Assembly: GCA_964016885.1 (NCBI GenBank)
Contig: OZ024743.1
Span: forward strand, 94,178,001-94,242,000
Length of the DNA: 64,000 nucleotides
DNA from: Eledone cirrhosa
Lineage: Eukaryota
Direction: 5' to 3'
Below the pieces are notes generated by a model, which worked only from the letters and a program-made list of their open reading frames with translations, was not told the DNA's origin and made no database searches. Made by a program: the position numbers and the translations under genes. This document shows positions 1 to 64,000 of this stretch, piece by piece. Position 1 is the first letter of the stretch. Every line of letters starts with the position of its first letter.

Positions 1-109
1 ATATATTTATGTATATATATAATATATATATATATAAATATATATATATGTATGTATATATATAATATATATATATAAATATGTATGTATATATATATAT
101 CTCTATATA

Positions 110-168
<59 letters not shown>
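1..168. repeat. (TA)n microsatellite
   Basis: Direct inspection. Confidence 0.95.
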
Positions 169-173
<5 letters not shown>

Positions 174-704
174 ACTAAAGTAAGAAGCGCGGCACTGCGT
201 ACGGTTTATAATTTTTTATCCCATGAGTAAAATAAGTTGGATTACTTTGAATGAATGAATATTACATAATTTATCTATTAAATTTCGTGGCTGTTCATTA
301 AATATATTTTATTATTTATTTAAAGATTCACTTCTTTAAAATCTTCAAATGTCAACACTTCCGGTGGCGATCGCTTAAATAAACATATTAATTTTCTGTC
401 ACTAATTTTCTCCTAATGCAGTTTATATATAATATTGTTTTTTTTTCAAATGTATAATGGATTGCGTTACTGATTACATAAACGAGTGTAACAACGTCTT
501 CGTTCAATTTCTGTGTATATTGTCAATTACGATTTTATTCCATGTATCATATCTACATGTAATAATATCAATATACACACTACAATATGGTAGCAGAAAA
601 ACACTCGAAGGCTGGTTTTTCTGCTAGTATATATAATGAAGGAGGTGTGGTAAGGAACCAGATCGACTATAACGCACCAGAGTACTCAATACTTAGGGTC
701 GTAA

Positions 705-793
705 TAGGAAAGAGTTTAACCCCGCCGGCTATTTCTGGACAGAAATAGCCGTCGAAACGGCTTGAGCTCTGCCGTCGGGGTTAAACTCATTCC

Positions 794-795
<2 letters not shown>
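705..795. repeat. Short fold-back element with about 25-bp imperfect terminal inverted repeats and internal hairpins
   Basis: taggaaagagtttaaccccgccggc pairs with gccgtcggggttaaactcattccta; internal ggctatttctg/cagaaatagcc. Confidence 0.6.
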
Positions 796-861
<66 letters not shown>

Positions 862-972
862 AAAGAGTTTAACCTATGTTGTAGCTCTGGTTCATCTGAA
901 TCATCGAGCGCTTGCCACACATCTCGGAAATTGTTTTTCGTTAATTCCTAAGCCGAAATACGATTCTCGCTA

Positions 973-974
<2 letters not shown>

Positions 975-1030
<56 letters not shown>

Positions 1031-1160
1031 GTATATAATATATACATGTATATATATATATACATGTATATATATATATACATGTATATAATATATACAT
1101 GTATATAATATATACATGTATATATATATATACACATGTATATATATATATATATACACG

Positions 1161-1195
<35 letters not shown>

Positions 1196-1294
1196 ATATA
1201 TATATATGTATAAATGAAAAAAATATATATATATACACTCATATATACATATATATATACACACACATATATATATACATGTATATATATATAT

Positions 1295-1338
<44 letters not shown>

Positions 1339-1384
1339 GAAAAAAAAAATATATATATACACATATATACATATATATAGATAT

Positions 1385-1432
<48 letters not shown>

Positions 1433-1484
1433 GAAAATATATATATATATACATGTGTATATATATATATATATATAGACACAC

Positions 1485-1533
<49 letters not shown>

Positions 1534-1578
1534 TGTGTATATATATATATATACACACACACACACATATATACACAC
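975..1578. repeat. Compound (TA)n/(CA)n microsatellite with ACATGT interruptions
   Basis: Direct inspection. Confidence 0.95.
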
Positions 1579-1707
1579 TATTGTTATAGCAGGAGTTCAA
1601 AGTCCAGGTTTCCTTCGTTGATCACGTCAACAACTTCTGTAAACTAACCAAGTAGGAGGAGATAACTCTCGCTGCTTAAGAAGCACCATAATTTTTTACA
1701 ACAAACC

Positions 1708-59415
<57,708 letters not shown>

Positions 59416-59503
59416 TGTTTGCTTAATATTCCAGAATTATGAAACCATTCCTTGTTGTTTGTCTGCTAGATTCTCTATATTACAAATTTAGATTTTGAAG
59501 ATA

Positions 59504-59509
59504 ATTAAA
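59504..59509 (+). terminator. Candidate polyadenylation signal ATTAAA (alternative: AATAAA at 59674-59679 inside a SINE)
   Basis: Hexamer about 90 nt after the stop codon; no transcript evidence. Confidence 0.3.
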
Positions 59510-59548
59510 ACAAAATTATTATTATTATTATTATTATTATTATTTTTG

Positions 59549-59730
59549 GAGGATTGGCAGTATCGGTAGAGGGTCAGACACCGTGCTTTGCAGCATAGAG
59601 TTATGGTCCTTCACAGTCTGAGTTCAAATCCTGCTGAGGTTAACTTTGCCTTTCATCCTTACGGGGTCGATAAAATAAAGCATCAGTAATGCACTGGGTA
59701 ATTGCTGGCCTTGTGCCAAAAGTAGAAACA
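59549..59730 (+). mobile_element. tRNA-derived SINE about 130 nt downstream of the HSD17B4 stop codon
   Basis: Family match; TSD attattatttttg on both sides. Confidence 0.8.
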
Positions 59731-59743
59731 ATTATTATTTTTG

Positions 59744-59793
<50 letters not shown>

Positions 59794-59950
59794 AGACGTA
59801 TGTATTTTTTTCTCACTATGATATTTTGTAATATGTTTTACATAGATCAATAATTGAATGAACATGCAGAGAACTACCCCCCAGAAATGATCGTAAAATA
59901 ATGTGTTTTACTATGAATTAACAGTTTTGTGTTTAATTTCATTGTTTTAA

Positions 59951-59999
<49 letters not shown>

Positions 60000-60078
60000 A
60001 AAATTAAGATAAATCAAAATGAATTTAATCTCCTGTGATTATTCATGTTTATTTATATGTTAATCAATTTCTAGTTGT

Positions 60079-60121
<43 letters not shown>

Positions 60122-60506
60122 ATATATATATATAGTTAACCCTTTTGTTACTGATGGGGAATTGGGTGTTATTAGAGTGTCAAATGAAATGCTTCAGGTG
60201 GCGGGGGGTGGTGGTCTATTATTCCTCTATCTCCTTTTATCACTCTTGTTCTCCCTCCTTCCATAGAAGAAATCAACTGAAAGAGGATGGGCTCCATCAG
60301 GTTTTACAGGCTTGAGACACACTATGTGTCAGGACTGCTCCCCTACTATTCCATGAGTAGCTAAAGACCATTTGCCTTCTTTTCTTTTTGATACTAACCC
60401 TGCCAAAACTGGCTCATGTTTCATGAAACAAAAACTGCCCATTTTAAAGGGTTAAGCTATGTATTCAGTTTCTGTGTTTTTACATCAATCAAATTAAAAT
60501 CTTCCA

Positions 60507-60577
<71 letters not shown>

Positions 60578-60655
60578 GTCTGAGACCAGGAGGACCACAG
60601 ATCAGGCTGGTACTCCATTCATGGGAAGAATCAAAGTGGGTATATATATATATAT

Positions 60656-60781
60656 ATATGAAAAATTCAGGACCCTGATGGCTGAGCTCCTGCCGATTCA
60701 ACAACTAGATCCAAACTGAGTTCAGATCTAGGAGTTGAAACAGCAGGAGCTCAGCCATTGGGGGCCCTGAATTTTTCATAT
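60656..60781. repeat. About 125-nt long fold-back (hairpin / MITE-like)
   Basis: atatgaaaaattcagg...gctgagctcctgc...ctagatc pairs with gatctag...gcaggagctcagc...cctgaatttttcatat. Confidence 0.85.
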
Positions 60782-60949
60782 TCCCCACTCTACTACTACA
60801 AGTATCGTCTACTTTGGTGAGTAATGGTCTAACTGGTTTTTACCGCCTCCATTCTGATATATATATATATATATATAATATATTACCCTATCTACTATAC
60901 ATACACTTTTTTATGAGTTGTAGTGCACCTGAGCACTGTACACAATATT

Positions 60950-60998
<49 letters not shown>

Positions 60999-61519
60999 TA
61001 TACACACATACATACATATATAATCATATCATCATCATCATTTCATTTTACGTCCGCTTTTCCCTGCTTGCAAGGGTGGGACGGGAACTGATTCTGGCTT
61101 GATTTCTACAGCTGGATGCCCTTCCTAACACCAACCTCATTTACAGTGAGTGCTGGGTGCTTTTTTGCCGTGACACCTCCACGACCACTTTACAGTGGAA
61201 TGATAGGGACCCCAGTCCCTATCATCTCATTTCTACAGCTGAGTAAACTGGAGCAGTGTGAAATAAAGTGTCTTGCTCAAGGAAACAACACATCACCCGG
61301 TCAGAGAATTGAACTCACAACCTTTCGATTGCAAGGCCAATGCTCTAACCACTAAGCCATGTGCCTCCATATATATACATAGGGTGTCCCACCAAATTAT
61401 ATACGCACTTAAACAGTATTGTAATAAAAATATGTTTACGTTTTTGGGGGACACACTATGTATATATAAATATATATATATATATATCATCATTGTTTCC
61501 AAATAATATAAACATGTAT

Positions 61520-61535
61520 CATATATATATGTATA

Positions 61536-61570
<35 letters not shown>

Positions 61571-62491
61571 ACTTATATATATATATATATATGTATACTT
61601 ATATATATATATATATGTATACTTATATATATATATGTATACTTATATATATATGTATACTTATATATATATATATGTATACTTATATATATATATATGT
61701 ATACTTATATATATATATATATATGTATACTTATATATATATATATATATGTATACTTATATATATATATATATGTATACTTATATATATATATATGTAT
61801 ACTTATATATATATATGTATACTTATATATATATATATATATGTATACTTATATATCAACATATGTTAACCTTGGTCTTCCTCTTCTAGTGTGTCCATGT
61901 AGGGGCTCCCAAAGGAGCACTGAGTGCAATGTCAACTCTGGATGTCGGTGAGCATGTCCAGCCAACCTCAGTCTCCTCTGTGTTACTTTTGAGCTGACTT
62001 TTGGGAAGACCAAGGTTAACATATGTTGATGCCCTAAGGACAGACACTGGTCTGTTGGAGATGCAGGATATGGCAGCGATAATGAGGGACAGAGACCGCT
62101 GGAGAGAACTCGTTCATGGATCTCGGGAATTTTACCCGCCTTAGATAGATAGATACTTATATATATATATATATATGTATACTTATATATATATATATAT
62201 ATGTATACTTATATATATATATATATATGTATACTTATATATATATATATATGTATACTTATATATATATATGTATACTTATATATATATATATATATGT
62301 ATACTTATATATATATATATATGTATACTTGTATATATATATATATGTATACTTATATATATATATATATGTATACTTATATATATATATATATATGTAT
62401 ACTTATATATATATATATATATGTATGTATACTTATATATATATATATATATGTATGTATACTTATATATATATATATATGTATGTATACT

Positions 62492-62524
<33 letters not shown>

Positions 62525-62662
62525 ACTTATATATATTATATATATATATATATATGTGTATACTTATATATATTATATATATATATATATATGTATACTT
62601 ATATATATTATATATATATATATATATGTATACTTATATATATTATATATATATATATATAT
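61520..62662. repeat. (TA)n satellite with a GTATACT repeat unit, interrupted by an inverted LINE fragment (61855-62153)
   Basis: Direct inspection. Confidence 0.9.
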
Positions 62663-64000
62663 TTAATTACATAATAAACAACACAATATAATAATCCCAA
62701 AGTATAACACAATATAATTATTCCATTACCAAAGGTTTCAAGAAGCTAGATGATCCTTACAGAAAGGTCCAGCCAACTCATCAGATGAAATAGTTCATCA
62801 GATGAATGGGCTGGACGTTTCTGTAAGAATCGTCTAGTTTCCTGAAACTTTTGGTAATGGAATAATTATATTGTGTTGTTTATTATGTACTTAAATACCT
62901 CTGTACTATATTTAGAGCACTCTCCTTTCCTTTTCCTTTTCTACGGAAATATTTAACACACATACACATATCTATCTATATATATATATAAGGAATTTGT
63001 AGCTTACTTGAAGCATTGTATATGGTGAAGAATTTGAAGTTGGAAAGCCATCACAATGCAGGTTTGGATGGAGAAAAATTTAAAATGTAAGAAACGGTTT
63101 GTTTTTTTACCTTAATTTATACCTTTATTTACCTGATATTTCGAGATTAATATCTCTTCTTCTGATGAAAATAACATGCTTCAAATCACCAGGCCTTAAA
63201 TGGTCACTTAGCTATATACACAAATTCTGCAAAAAAAAACAAAAAAAACTCCTACAACACCTACACTGCAAGCTGCAGCAACACATACAAACAATCTCTA
63301 GCTTATTACTGGAACTTTCAAAAATCCCAGAGCCCCTGCTCGGAGTGACTACCGCTGCAATAGACAGATGCTACCACCACCATCTAGATCACAAGAAAAA
63401 CTGCTTAAAGCGAAAATTCCTCAAACGCAGCATGGCAGATCATCTTGGTAACAGTCCCCCTCAAACCATCAACAGAGGCAGACAGGACAGCACCAAGATC
63501 AAGCCTATCGGTACACCGACCAACAACACTCCACTCGATGCAAGACACCTTGTCACAGACTTGATAGGATCTCTCTCCCAAGACGAACTAGATCTCCTCA
63601 GTCTTAGTGGCTCAACCTACAGACAAACTTTTGCTGGGCTTCCTACCAACTAAAATGGATATTGGCCATCGGCAATGCTACTAAAACAAACACTTCCACC
63701 AGATTCCCGATATACCAACTAGACCACTCACTCTGTCGACCACCTACCAACTGCGAACTTGATGAGAAACCAAATCTCTCCAGGACCCAACAGCTCACCC
63801 TGAAAAACATGCGATAAAGGGAGCTCATCTACCTACCCTCCGACAAAGGGAAGGAATTCTGTATCATCTCCCAGGCCACACCTATGACAACTTGGCCTTT
63901 GAACACCTGAGTGACGACGGAGTGTACACAGAAGTCTGACATAACTGCAGCCCGGATAGAATCAATACCATCTGGTCTGACATCTGCAGAAGAAGACAAC
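62661..64000 (+). mobile_element. Penelope-like element: inverted pseudo-LTR pair followed by a decayed ORF running out of the window
   Basis: Inverted arms 62661-62790 / 62794-62896; VTDLIGSLSQDELDLLSL and ELIYLPSDKGKEFCII (PLE N-terminal and DKG motifs) at about 63550-63870. Confidence 0.75.
62721..62790 (-). ncRNA. Type I hammerhead ribozyme motif with an intact core
   Basis: Minus strand tttcat-CTGATGA-gttggctgga...tctagcttctt-GAAA-cc ttt gg-TA-atggaa; helix I tttcat/atggaa; cleavage triplet GUA. Confidence 0.7.

Noticed and set aside
170-630. Divergent gene start or bidirectional promoter (ACTTCCGG near 357) and Helitron-like CTAG end near 628
   Set aside because: No supporting ORF or splice pattern; the motifs are too short to call.

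Overview
AT-rich eukaryotic genomic DNA with very long (TA)n microsatellites and a 200-N scaffold gap. The repeat landscape suggests an octopod cephalopod; this is an inference. The window holds one complete host gene on the + strand: HSD17B4 (peroxisomal multifunctional enzyme type 2 / D-bifunctional protein). I traced 23 coding exons by hand from 1708 to 59415, all with GT-AG introns and consistent phases, giving 2193 nt or 730 aa with SDR dehydrogenase, hydratase-2 and SCP2 domains and a C-terminal -ANL. The six-frame ORF track misses this gene, and its long (YI)n ORFs are microsatellite artefacts. The introns are filled with retroelements: PHD-containing RTE LINE copies, a second RTE fused to a near full-length L1/Tx1 element, CR1 and CRE fragments, tRNA-derived SINEs, TTAA MITEs and Penelope remnants carrying hammerhead ribozyme folds. 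The most striking observations are: (1) a young non-autonomous LTR element with identical LTRs whose tRNA-Trp primer-binding site extends past m1A58 with a mismatch exactly at that position; (2) hammerhead ribozyme motifs in inverted Penelope ends; (3) a reciprocal Pro/Ile swap in the hydratase-2 signature; (4) a 60-bp minisatellite built from a MITE/SINE junction.
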